Assembly (NCBI GenBank): GCA_022572105.1
Contig: JACZWN010000003.1
Coordinates: forward strand, 1-39,327
Source: Pseudomonadota bacterium
GTDB lineage: Bacteria; Pseudomonadota; Alphaproteobacteria; Kiloniellales; J153
Length of the DNA: 39,327 nt
Direction: 5' to 3'
Position 1 is the stretch's first letter, and every line of letters starts with the position of its first letter. Below the pieces are notes generated by a model. The model had not been told where the DNA came from and searched no databases. It worked only from the letters and a program-made list of their open reading frames with translations. Made by a program: the position numbers and the translations under genes. This document shows positions 1 to 7,947 of this stretch, piece by piece.

Positions 1-72
1 GAAGGCGCTCAATGGGGAGATGGAGACGGGCGTGCCACCGGAATCACCGAGGAAGCAGAAACTGAAGACTAG
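1..72 (+). CDS. 3' end of an unidentified ORF running in from outside the window
   Basis: Frame 1 is open from base 1 (EGAQWGDG...ETED) to TAG at 70-72; too short to assign. Confidence 0.3.
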   Translation, partial: EGAQWGDGDGRATGITEEAETED

Positions 73-116
73 CCCGACGAAGAAACAGGTGCATTCAAAA
101 ACACGAGAGCCGGAGA

Positions 117-377
117 ATGGCTGATAATGACGATAATGATAGTGACATTGAGGCCGCTTTCTATCGGGTGATTGATCGCTGGGAAGCGGAAGTGTTGGAG
201 AGCTTGAGAAAGGACGCGCAAATTTCAGGGCGTCCGATTGATCGCCGCTTGTTGGATGCTCGGCTAGAAACATTTAGGCAAGAACATCTCCAATCTCCCA
301 CTATTCGGCATGAGCGGGAATTACGCGAACTTCTAATTTCAGAGCTAACAGAGAGACTTCGGAACAAAATTCGATAG
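117..377 (+). CDS. Hypothetical protein, 86 aa, acidic N-terminus, probably helical
   Basis: GGAG at 112-115 before the ATG; protein-like composition; no recognisable motif. Confidence 0.6.
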   Translation: MADNDDNDSDIEAAFYRVIDRWEAEVLESLRKDAQISGRPIDRRLLDARLETFRQEHLQSPTIRHERELRELLISELTERLRNKIR

Positions 378-380
378 CCA

Positions 381-671
381 GGTAGTGGGTCAGAGAGGAG
401 CGCATAGAATGCTTACTCGCAGCGAAATCCTAGAGAAGTTTGGATTGCCTGATCGTGCTGCCTTTGAAATGAACCCGGAACGCGACCCTCACGGAATATG
501 GAGGATCAAAGTCAGCTACGAAGGCGGCGCTGCCCTACACATGAGTCAGGGTCACGCGGCAAAGCTTGCTGATGTAATCCGTTCTGTCGATCAGCGTCTC
601 GCAGAACAGGTTGATGCCTGTATTGCAGAGGCGAGACGCTGATTCAAATATTTTCAAACTGACCTACTATC
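381..671. mobile_element. Non-autonomous IS1-family-like mobile insertion cassette carrying one passenger gene
   Basis: Terminal inverted repeats GGTAGTGGGTCAG (381-393) and CTGACCTACTATC (659-671), 11/13 complementary. 8-bp direct repeat GATAGCCA at 373-380 and 672-679. GGnnnTG ends with 8-9 bp duplications are the IS1-family signature. No transposase inside. Confidence 0.6.
409..642 (+). CDS. Hypothetical passenger protein, 77 aa
   Basis: GAGGAG at 395-400 precedes ATG 409, preferred over the GTG at 385 that lies inside the IR; ORF fills the cassette. Confidence 0.6.
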   Translation: MLTRSEILEKFGLPDRAAFEMNPERDPHGIWRIKVSYEGGAALHMSQGHAAKLADVIRSVDQRLAEQVDACIAEARR

Positions 672-1303
672 GATAGCCAGGTTGGTTTGCCAACCGGATA
701 ATTCCGACCGGTGATTACCGAGTGGCTGCCAAAAAAGTGTGTTTACGATCTAAACCAGACTTTTTGGGAATCGCCCGCCCGCGAGCCCACTTCCCAGCCC
801 CGCGCCGCTTCACCCTGGCCCTCAATGCCCGAAAGGGCATGGTTGCGATGGTCGACGCCCAAGCCGCTGCCCTCTGAGCGACGAGACGCACGGCCAGGCG
901 GCGCACCGACACCGCCAGGGCGCGTCTCTCACCCCGTATGCGCCGCGGGGCCTCCAGAGCCAAGATTGCGACAGCGGCGTGCTTTCCCGGGCTTGTGCGT
1001 CGTGGGCGCGGGCGCCAGAAGCCCGGGAAAGGTGCATAGCATCGCGATCCCGCTCCCGAAGCACCCGAGGTACCACCCGAGACCGAAATGCGCCCTATGG
1101 CCTCTCGCGAGCACGTCCGGGCGCGGCCTTTCGCGACCAATACGCGTGCGCGAGGCGAGAGAGGGGCGGATCGGGGGCGATGCGCGCCTCTCCCGGTATA
1201 GCGCCATTCGGCGGCCAAAAGGTAACCCTTCAATGACTAGGGCATATTCCTCGTCCGTACATGCGGCCCTCGCCCGAGCTCTCCAACTTCTAAGGCAGCC
1301 TGA

Positions 1304-1330
1304 AACCTCGTCCGACCGTCGGATGAGGTT
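1304..1330. repeat. 27-bp near-perfect palindrome
   Basis: AACCTCGTCCGAC-C-GTCGGATGAGGTT; one mismatch (G.U in RNA). Confidence 0.7.
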
Positions 1331-1353
1331 GGGTTGGCACGTTTACCAGGGGT

Positions 1354-1637
1354 GCCGTCTTAGCGAAAATTCCACTGGCGAAAAATCGCTAAGGGTTCAA
1401 CGGCAAAAACCCAGCAGCGGATTGCCGACGAATTGGGTGTTCCTAGGCGAACCGTTGCACGCCATCTTGGCCAAAATTCCACTGGCGAAAAATGGCCAAA
1501 CGGCGGTCTTAGCGAAAATTCAACAGGCGAAAAACCGCTAAACGGCGGCGAGGGCTCAACGCCGGACGCTTCGGGCGCTCACGACAACCGCCACCTTACC
1601 GAAAATTCAACAGGCGAAATTTCGGTGAACGGCGGCG
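1354..1637. repeat. Array of four ~45-bp repeats with conserved core AAAATTC(C/A)AC(T/A)GGCGAAA and self-complementary flanks
   Basis: Copies at about 1354-1397, 1461-1506, 1503-1550 and 1590-1637; cores start at 1365, 1472, 1514 and 1601. Confidence 0.9.
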
Positions 1638-1750
1638 GAGCGATACAATCGCCGGGTCCGAGAGACATTCGACGAATTGGCCTGAGTGAGCCAGGCGCGG
1701 CGGGTGTCAAGGGAACTGTCACAGAATAACGAAACGTTATATTGTGACGC

Positions 1751-2416
1751 ATGGCACGGACGCCCATCTTCGACAACCCGATGACGCCGGCCGAGCGCCA
1801 GCGCCGCTCACGCCAGGCGAAGCGCGAAGGTGTCCAATTGCGGGGCGGCCTTGGCGACCCGAAGTCCTTGGCGAGGATGCTCGGCGGCTCGCCTCAGTTC
1901 TATCGGGACATGTCCTATGTTCAGCAACACGGTGTTCCCGAATGGAAACAGTTGCTTGAAAACGGCAAGGGCAGAATGATCATCGGGGCGGCGGCTCAGC
2001 GCCAGATGGTCAAGTACCTGTCGCCGAAGGACCAACGCGACATGATCGAGATCGCGAAGGAGGACAAGAAACACGCGCTCGCGGTCTGGCGACTCTTGAA
2101 GGGGGCCTCGGAATCAAGTGAGACGCGGAAGGACTCGCCCTTCCGGCCTTGCCGTGCTTCCATCGGGGTGTTAGCAACCGGGGAGGCGATGATGGCTGAA
2201 AACAGCACCGGCCAAAAGGAGTCGAAGCGGCCATATGTTAGCGGCGTGTCTGACCTTAAAGTTACGCCAAACGGAGATACGTTGCTTTTCACCGTTCAAA
2301 CCGTGCCTATCCGGTTATCACCCACACCCACAACATCTAGGGTGCGCCCTCGCCTGCCGTTGAGTGTACACCCAACATATAGTGGGTGTGGGTTTCAACC
2401 GGATAGGCACGGTTGA
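1751..2416 (+). CDS. Phage/plasmid-type DNA-binding protein (MTPAERQRR motif plus ParB-like HTH region); 3' third probably a fused or degenerate second gene
   Basis: PMTPAERQRRSR motif; segment LARMLGGS...HGVPEWKQLLENG...AAAQRQ...LSPKDQRDMI resembles the HTH region of phage ParB-like proteins. Internal GGGAGG at 2181-2186 with ATGs at 2189/2192. Confidence 0.5.
   Translation: MARTPIFDNPMTPAERQRRSRQAKREGVQLRGGLGDPKSLARMLGGSPQFYRDMSYVQQHGVPEWKQLLENGKGRMIIGAAAQRQMVKYLSPKDQRDMIEIAKEDKKHALAVWRLLKGASESSETRKDSPFRPCRASIGVLATGEAMMAENSTGQKESKRPYVSGVSDLKVTPNGDTLLFTVQTVPIRLSPTPTTSRVRPRLPLSVHPTYSGCGFQPDRHG
2299..2414. repeat. 116-bp imperfect palindrome
   Basis: Perfect 18-bp arms AACCGTGCCTATCCGGTT (2299-2316) and AACCGGATAGGCACGGTT (2397-2414); inner 12-bp arms ACCCACACCCAC (2320-2331) and GTGGGTGTGGGT (2382-2393). 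Confidence 0.9.
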
Positions 2417-2586
2417 TTTGATGAGGCGGGGGCCAACAAATCCACTATTGGGCGACACGAGAGGATTTGCGGGCCATCACCCATTGCGGAGGTGAATTTG
2501 TGGGCGCACGCGCAGGAGCAGACTTGAAAATACGCCGGGCAGAATACACGACGGATTCCGCCTGGTTACCGTTCGACGCAACATTG

Positions 2587-2865
2587 TCACTCAATCACAC
2601 GCGGATGCTTTCTTTCGTCATGAAGCTCGTATCTCCCATCGGGTCGCAGGAATAGAAACTGCTTTGAGGCATTCCAGCGGTGTCTTGCTGGAACCAAATT
2701 GATGGTCCGGGCCATGAAGTGCTGCCAGATCGTATCGTCACTCCATTCCCCACGACTTTTGACACGGTCATATAACTCAGAACAGGAAATCACCTCATCT
2801 GCACTGATGACTTCCCTCATCACCTCATCGCAGCTTTCGCCATTATACCCCTTTGTTGCTCCCAT
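2587..2865 (-). CDS. Small hypothetical protein, probable winged-helix fold, partner of the nuclease
   Basis: 92 aa; ATG overlaps the upstream stop (TAATG); pattern ELYDRVK..W.DDTIWQH...N...FL....GRYEL suggests a winged helix. Confidence 0.7.
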   Translation of the reverse strand: MGATKGYNGESCDEVMREVISADEVISCSELYDRVKSRGEWSDDTIWQHFMARTINLVPARHRWNASKQFLFLRPDGRYELHDERKHPRVIE

Positions 2866-3668
2866 TAGGATTCTCCCTCACGGTCCTTGATCATCGCGGT
2901 CTCCTTGAGCACTTCCAGTTGGCCATCGTCAGACAGGAAGAAAAAAGCTACGTCGGAAACGAGGCTGCCATACCTCTCAAGCCACTTCTCCGGCACACGC
3001 CGGTCATTTCCAAACACGAGAAATTTCTTCTCGGCATCGCATTTTTCGAGGAGCCACACATATTCGGCGATCACCGAGAATTTCGCGGGCGGTAAGCGTT
3101 CTCCCTCCACCATGGTGAAATACTTTGCATCCCCGACCACTTTCCCATCGGATGATGTCATATCGAAAACCTTATTGACTCCCGGCGACTTTCCCGGGGC
3201 AAGACTTATTACGTAGGCATCGGACATCACCCAACGGGCCAGTTGCTCAAAGAGAGTGTGCGTTGACCCGGCGTGCCTATCTGACGCGGTTTGAGCTGCT
3301 GTAATTTCTGTCGTCTGTGCATCGAGTCCGCGTTTTTCATTTTGGACAACACCACCCTCGGACATCTCTCCGCCTTTTTCAGGAGCGCTCCTCAATACCC
3401 GCTCAAACACCAGCGTCTCATCGCTAAGATCGACGTTCCGCGCTTTCCATCCTGCCCGTTGCCAGGACTGGGCATGTGTATGACTCCCAGAATTGCTCTG
3501 GTTCGCCCACCACGCTTGGTAGGTCCTCGCACTCTTAGGCAGGGGGAAACCAAGAATCGCTTCAACTTCTGCGAACGATGCATGCCACCTATCCTTAACA
3601 AATATCCGCAAGAAGTCATGCAATGGAGAATATTTCCCTGTGACAGCGGTATTTCCTGTCTCGTTCAT
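2865..3668 (-). CDS. DUF7662-like N-terminal domain fused to a PD-(D/E)XK restriction-endonuclease-like domain
   Basis: N-terminus KYSPLHDFL...SFAEVEAILGFPLPKSA...WWAN...SWQRAGW; C-terminus FEQLAR...FDMTSSDGKVVGDAKY gives an E...D...D-x-K triad. GGAGA upstream of the ATG. Confidence 0.7.
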   Translation of the reverse strand: MNETGNTAVTGKYSPLHDFLRIFVKDRWHASFAEVEAILGFPLPKSARTYQAWWANQSNSGSHTHAQSWQRAGWKARNVDLSDETLVFERVLRSAPEKGGEMSEGGVVQNEKRGLDAQTTEITAAQTASDRHAGSTHTLFEQLARWVMSDAYVISLAPGKSPGVNKVFDMTSSDGKVVGDAKYFTMVEGERLPPAKFSVIAEYVWLLEKCDAEKKFLVFGNDRRVPEKWLERYGSLVSDVAFFFLSDDGQLEVLKETAMIKDREGES

Positions 3669-3700
3669 GGCAGAGTCTCCATGATACCCGTGTTTATATT

Positions 3701-3723
3701 ACAACACGTGTAACACGTGTTGT
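3701..3723. promoter_or_regulatory. Perfect 23-bp palindrome, putative operator of the nuclease operon
   Basis: ACAACACGTGT-A-ACACGTGTTGT, 33 bp upstream of the minus-strand ATG at 3668 and next to an AT-rich TAATATAAA stretch on the minus strand. Confidence 0.5.
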
Positions 3724-4731
3724 TCAGTGATGCAATTGGATTCTTGACCGATGCACCCCCCTTCGTTTTCGAGAAACTTGATATTCAACGGATAGATGAC
3801 TGGCGCATGCGGAAATTTGAGAGGTCTGGCCCCCCGCCCACAGTAGCCGCCCTAACCGCCCGTCGACTGCAGCGAGGCCGGCGAAGATCAGGGCCATGCC
3901 GGCGAAGGCGGCGGCGTCCGGGCGCTCGCCGAGCACGAAGGTACCGAGCAGCAGCGCGCTGACCGGGACGAGAAAGGTGACCAGGAGCAGGTTGGTGGCC
4001 CCGACCGCGGCCAAGATGCGGAAGTAGATCAGGTAGGCGAGCGCGGTGCTCAGGAGCGCGAGGCCCAGCACCGCGGCCCAGGTGAGCGCGCCCGGGCTGG
4101 CCTGCCAAGGCCGTTCCACGACGAGCGCCAGCGGCAGGGTCAGGACCGCGCTGCAGGTGACCATGCCGGCCGCGGCGACGGCCGGCGGCAGGCCCTTGAA
4201 GCGGCGCCCGTAGATGCCGGCACAGGCGTAGCTGAAGGCGGCGCCAAGGACCGCGACCTGGGCCAGCCCCTGGGCGCCGAGCGCGCCCAGGACGTCCGGC
4301 CCGACCAGGACCGCCACGCCGCCCAGGCCGAGCAACACGCCGAGCGCGCGGTTGGGCGTCATTCGCTCGTCCCGGGTCAGAAGGTGGGCCAGCGTCACGG
4401 CAAAGAGCGGCGTGGTGGCGTTGAGGATCGAGGCGAGGCCGCTGTCGATGGTGACCTGGCCCCAGACGATCAGGCTGAACGGGATCAGGTTGTTGAGTGC
4501 GCCCATGACCAGGAACGCGCCCCAGAGCCCGGGCGCGCCCGGCATGCGCCGGCCGCTCAGATAGACGAAGGCGACGAGCGCCACGGCCGCGATGCCGACC
4601 CGGCCGAGCACCACGGTGAAGGGGCCGAGCTCGCCCAGCGCGACCTCACTGAAGAAGAACGACCCGCCCCACAAGACCGATAATGTAACCAGCAGCAGCC
4701 AGTCCCGGCCCGCCATGGTCGGGCTTTGCAT
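3724..4731 (-). CDS. DMT/EamA family transporter
   Basis: About 10 hydrophobic helices; LWGGSFFF, ASILNATTP, TALAYLIYFRIL, LGERP motifs. The last ~37 aa are atypical read-through into island DNA. Confidence 0.9.
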   Translation of the reverse strand: MQSPTMAGRDWLLLVTLSVLWGGSFFFSEVALGELGPFTVVLGRVGIAAVALVAFVYLSGRRMPGAPGLWGAFLVMGALNNLIPFSLIVWGQVTIDSGLASILNATTPLFAVTLAHLLTRDERMTPNRALGVLLGLGGVAVLVGPDVLGALGAQGLAQVAVLGAAFSYACAGIYGRRFKGLPPAVAAAGMVTCSAVLTLPLALVVERPWQASPGALTWAAVLGLALLSTALAYLIYFRILAAVGATNLLLVTFLVPVSALLLGTFVLGERPDAAAFAGMALIFAGLAAVDGRLGRLLWAGGQTSQISACASHLSVEYQVSRKRRGVHRSRIQLHH

Positions 4732-4894
4732 CGCGTCCCCATCCTAGCCGTGGAATTTCCGAGCGATTTACCGGCCTGCCGGCACCGCTTTCTATCCGAA
4801 TCCTGCGGGCCTACCCGCGCGGCGGCCGGTGGGGCGTGGCGAAAAGCGAGCCGCGCTTGCGCGCGTCCCCGGGCGGTGTCATAAGAGTCCTTTA

Positions 4895-5926
4895 ATGACC
4901 GCACCGGGGCTCGCCGCCGCCAATCTTGGCTACGCCCACCGCCATCTCCTCGGCATCGAGGGGCTTTCGGCGGACGAAATTTCGTTCCTCCTGGACCTTT
5001 CGGAAAACTACGTCGAGCTGAGCCGGCGCGGCAACAAGAAGACCGCGCTCCTGCGCGGGCTCACGATCATCAACCTGTTCTTCGAAAACTCGACGCGCAC
5101 GCGCACCTCCTTCGAGCTGGCGGGCAAGCGCCTGGGCGCCGACGTCATCAACATGTCGGTCGCCTGGAGCTCGATCAAGAAGGGCGAGACCCTGATCGAC
5201 ACGGCGATGACCTTGAACGCCATGCACCCGGACGTTCTGGTCGTACGCCACCCGGATTCGGGCGCGGTCAAGCTGCTCTCGGAGAAGGTCACCTGCGCGG
5301 TCATCAACGCCGGCGACGGCTCCCACGAGCACCCGACCCAGGCGCTCCTCGACGGGCTCACCATCCGGCGCCGGACCGGCCGGCTCGAGGGCCTCATCGT
5401 CGCCATCTGCGGCGACATCCTGCACTCCCGCGTGGCGCGCTCCAACATTCAGCTGCTGGGCATCATGGGCGCGCGCGTGCGCGTCGTCGCCCCGCCGACG
5501 CTGCTGCCGGCCGCGGTCGAGCGCCTCGGCGTCGAGGTCTTCTTCGACATGAAAGAGGCGCTCAAGGACTGCGATATCGTGATGATGCTGCGCCTGCAGA
5601 CCGAGCGCATGCACGGCACCTTCGTGCCCTCGACCCGCGAGTACTTCCGCTTCTACGGCCTCGACGCCGACAAGCTGAAGGCGGCCAAGCCGGACGCCTC
5701 GATCATGCATCCCGGGCCCATGAACCGGGGCATCGAGATCGACAGCGAGCTGGCCGACGACATCGACCGCTCGCTCATCCGCGAGCAGGTCGAGATGGGC
5801 GTCGCCGTGCGCATGGCCTGCCTCGACGCCCTGACCCAGGACCTGCGCGGCCACAACCTGGCGGCCGCAGAGGTCGGCCCAGAGGTCGGCCCAGAGGTCG
5901 GCTCCGGGGCCGGCGCCCGGTCATGA
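4895..5926 (+). CDS. pyrB: Aspartate carbamoyltransferase catalytic subunit
   Basis: [44 protein letters not shown] motifs; ATG 4895 chosen as start. Confidence 0.97.
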   Translation: MTAPGLAAANLGYAHRHLLGIEGLSADEISFLLDLSENYVELSRRGNKKTALLRGLTIINLFFENSTRTRTSFELAGKRLGADVINMSVAWSSIKKGETLIDTAMTLNAMHPDVLVVRHPDSGAVKLLSEKVTCAVINAGDGSHEHPTQALLDGLTIRRRTGRLEGLIVAICGDILHSRVARSNIQLLGIMGARVRVVAPPTLLPAAVERLGVEVFFDMKEALKDCDIVMMLRLQTERMHGTFVPSTREYFRFYGLDADKLKAAKPDASIMHPGPMNRGIEIDSELADDIDRSLIREQVEMGVAVRMACLDALTQDLRGHNLAAAEVGPEVGPEVGSGAGARS

Positions 5927-7248
5927 ACGACAGCGCGGGCACGCCCGGCCGGACCGCCGTGCGTCGGACCGCCTTCGTCAACGCGCGCCTGCTCGACCCG
6001 GCGAGCGGCCTGGACGCGCCCGGCGCGCTCGTGGTCGAGGACGGACGCATCGCCGACCTGGGGCCCGGCCTCTTGGCCGAGGGCGTGTCCGAGGGCATGG
6101 CGCGCATCGACTGCGGCGGCCACTGCCTGGCGCCGGGCCTGATCGACATGCGCGTGCAACTGCGCGAGCCGGGCGAGGAGCATAAGGAGACCATCGCCTC
6201 GGCCGGCGTGGCGGCGGCCGAGGGCGGCGTCACCTCGGTGGCGGCGCTGCCCAACACCGAACCGGTGGTCGACGATGTCTCCGGCGTCGAATTCGTCGCG
6301 CGCCGCGCGCGCGAAGCCAAGCTGGTCAAGGTCTACACCTACGCCGCGGCGACCCGCCGGCTCGAAGGCAAGGAGATCACCGAAATCGGCTTGCTCGCCG
6401 AGTTCGGCGCGGTCGGCTTCACCGACGGCCTGCACGCCGTCGCCGACGCCCTGGTCATGCGCCGCGTGCTCGACTATGCCCGCGCCTTCGACCAGCTGAT
6501 CGTCCAGCACCCCGAGGAGCCGAGCCTCGCCGCAGGCGTGATGAACGAGGGCGAGGTCGCGACCCGCCTGGGCCTCGCCGGCATCCCGGCCGCCGCCGAG
6601 GCGATCATGGTCGAGCGCGACCTGCGCCTGGTCGAGCTGACCGGCGCGCGTTACCACGCCGCCCATATCTCGACCGCGGCCGCCGTCGAGGCGATCCGCG
6701 GGGCCAAGGCGCGCGGCCTGGCCGTCACCTGCGACACCGCGCCCCACTACTTCACCCTCAACGAGCACGCGGTCGGCGACTACCGCAGCTTCGCCAAGGT
6801 CTCGCCGCCGCTGCGCGCCGAGGCCGACCGTGCGGCGATCGCCGCCGCCGTGGCCGAGGGCACCATCGACGCGGTCGCCAGCGACCACAGCCCGCACGAT
6901 CAGGAATCCAAGCGCCTGCCCTTCGCCCACGCCGCGCCCGGCATCGCCGGGCTCGAGACCCTGCTGGCGCTCACCCTGGCGCTGTACCACAAGGGCGAGC
7001 TGGGGCTCTTGGACGTGCTCGGCCGGATGACCGTCCGGCCGGCCGGGATCCTGGGACTAGAGGCCGGGCGCCTGGCCAAGGGCGCGCCGGCCGACCTGGT
7101 GCTCTTCGACCTGGAGCGGCCCTGGCGCATCGATCCGGACGCTTTCCGCAGCAAATCGAAGAACTCGCCCTTCGAGAACCACCCCGTCCAGGGTAAGGTC
7201 CTGCGCACCGTGGTCGACGGCCGCACCGTCTTCGAGGCCGGGGCCTAA
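5923..7248 (+). CDS. pyrC: Dihydroorotase-family protein, probably the PyrC'-type ATCase partner
   Basis: [38 protein letters not shown]; ATGA overlap with pyrB. The metal-binding HxH is replaced by RVQ. Confidence 0.9.
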   Translation: MNDSAGTPGRTAVRRTAFVNARLLDPASGLDAPGALVVEDGRIADLGPGLLAEGVSEGMARIDCGGHCLAPGLIDMRVQLREPGEEHKETIASAGVAAAEGGVTSVAALPNTEPVVDDVSGVEFVARRAREAKLVKVYTYAAATRRLEGKEITEIGLLAEFGAVGFTDGLHAVADALVMRRVLDYARAFDQLIVQHPEEPSLAAGVMNEGEVATRLGLAGIPAAAEAIMVERDLRLVELTGARYHAAHISTAAAVEAIRGAKARGLAVTCDTAPHYFTLNEHAVGDYRSFAKVSPPLRAEADRAAIAAAVAEGTIDAVASDHSPHDQESKRLPFAHAAPGIAGLETLLALTLALYHKGELGLLDVLGRMTVRPAGILGLEAGRLAKGAPADLVLFDLERPWRIDPDAFRSKSKNSPFENHPVQGKVLRTVVDGRTVFEAGA

Positions 7249-7253
7249 ATTCC

Positions 7254-7874
7254 ATGCCCGACCCGATCTCCTGGGAATTCGCCGGTCCCTATCTGTTGGC
7301 CGCCTTCGCCGGCGGCTATCTTTTGGGCTCGATTCCCTTTGGCCTCTTGCTGGCGCGCCTGGCGGGCTTGGGCGACATCCGCGGCATCGGATCGGGCAAC
7401 ATCGGCGCGACCAACGTGCTGCGCACGGGGCGCAAGGGGCTGGCCGCGGCGACCCTGCTGCTCGACGCCGGCAAGGGCGCGGGCGCGGTGCTATTGGCCG
7501 GCGTCTGGGGCCCGGACCCGCAACTCATGGCCGCGCTCGGCGCGGTGCTCGGCCATCTCTTCCCGCTCTGGCTCCGCTTCCGGGGCGGCAAGGGGGTGGC
7601 CACCGCGCTCGGCGTGCTGCTCGCGCTCGCCTGGCAGGCGGGCCTGGCCGCCTGCGCGACCTGGCTCCTGGTCGCCGGCCTGCTGCGCTACGCCTCGCTG
7701 GCGGCGCTCCTCTCGCTCGCCGCCGCGCCGCTTTATATCTGGCTGTTCACCCGCGACCTGCAGCTGGTGGAGCTGATCGCGGTTTTGGCGGTGCTGATCT
7801 GTATTCGCCACCGCGTCAACATCGTCCGCCTGCTCAAGGGCGAGGAGCCGAAGATCGGCGGAAAACGGGCGTGA
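7254..7874 (+). CDS. plsY: Glycerol-3-phosphate 1-O-acyltransferase
   Basis: [17 protein letters not shown]...[16 protein letters not shown]...GEEPK motifs. Confidence 0.96.
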   Translation: MPDPISWEFAGPYLLAAFAGGYLLGSIPFGLLLARLAGLGDIRGIGSGNIGATNVLRTGRKGLAAATLLLDAGKGAGAVLLAGVWGPDPQLMAALGAVLGHLFPLWLRFRGGKGVATALGVLLALAWQAGLAACATWLLVAGLLRYASLAALLSLAAAPLYIWLFTRDLQLVELIAVLAVLICIRHRVNIVRLLKGEEPKIGGKRA

Positions 7875-7947
7875 CCGGCCCCGGCACGTGGACAGCTCGA
7901 TTAACGCAAGCTTGACGTGCGCGCACGCCGCCGCCCAAGGTAGTGCG

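Noticed and set aside
711-1541. 276-aa ORF and the overlapping ORFs on both strands
   Set aside because: P/R/A-rich, no RBS or domain signal, and it runs through palindromes and repeats; likely non-coding or decayed.
1354-1637. CRISPR array interpretation of the four repeats
   Set aside because: Repeats differ in their arms, spacing is irregular (107/42/87 bp, two copies abut) and there are no cas genes.
2299-2414. Integron attC site
   Set aside because: Length fits, but the ends (TTCAAAC / GTTGATT) do not match RYYYAAC / GTTRRRY, and no integron integrase is seen.
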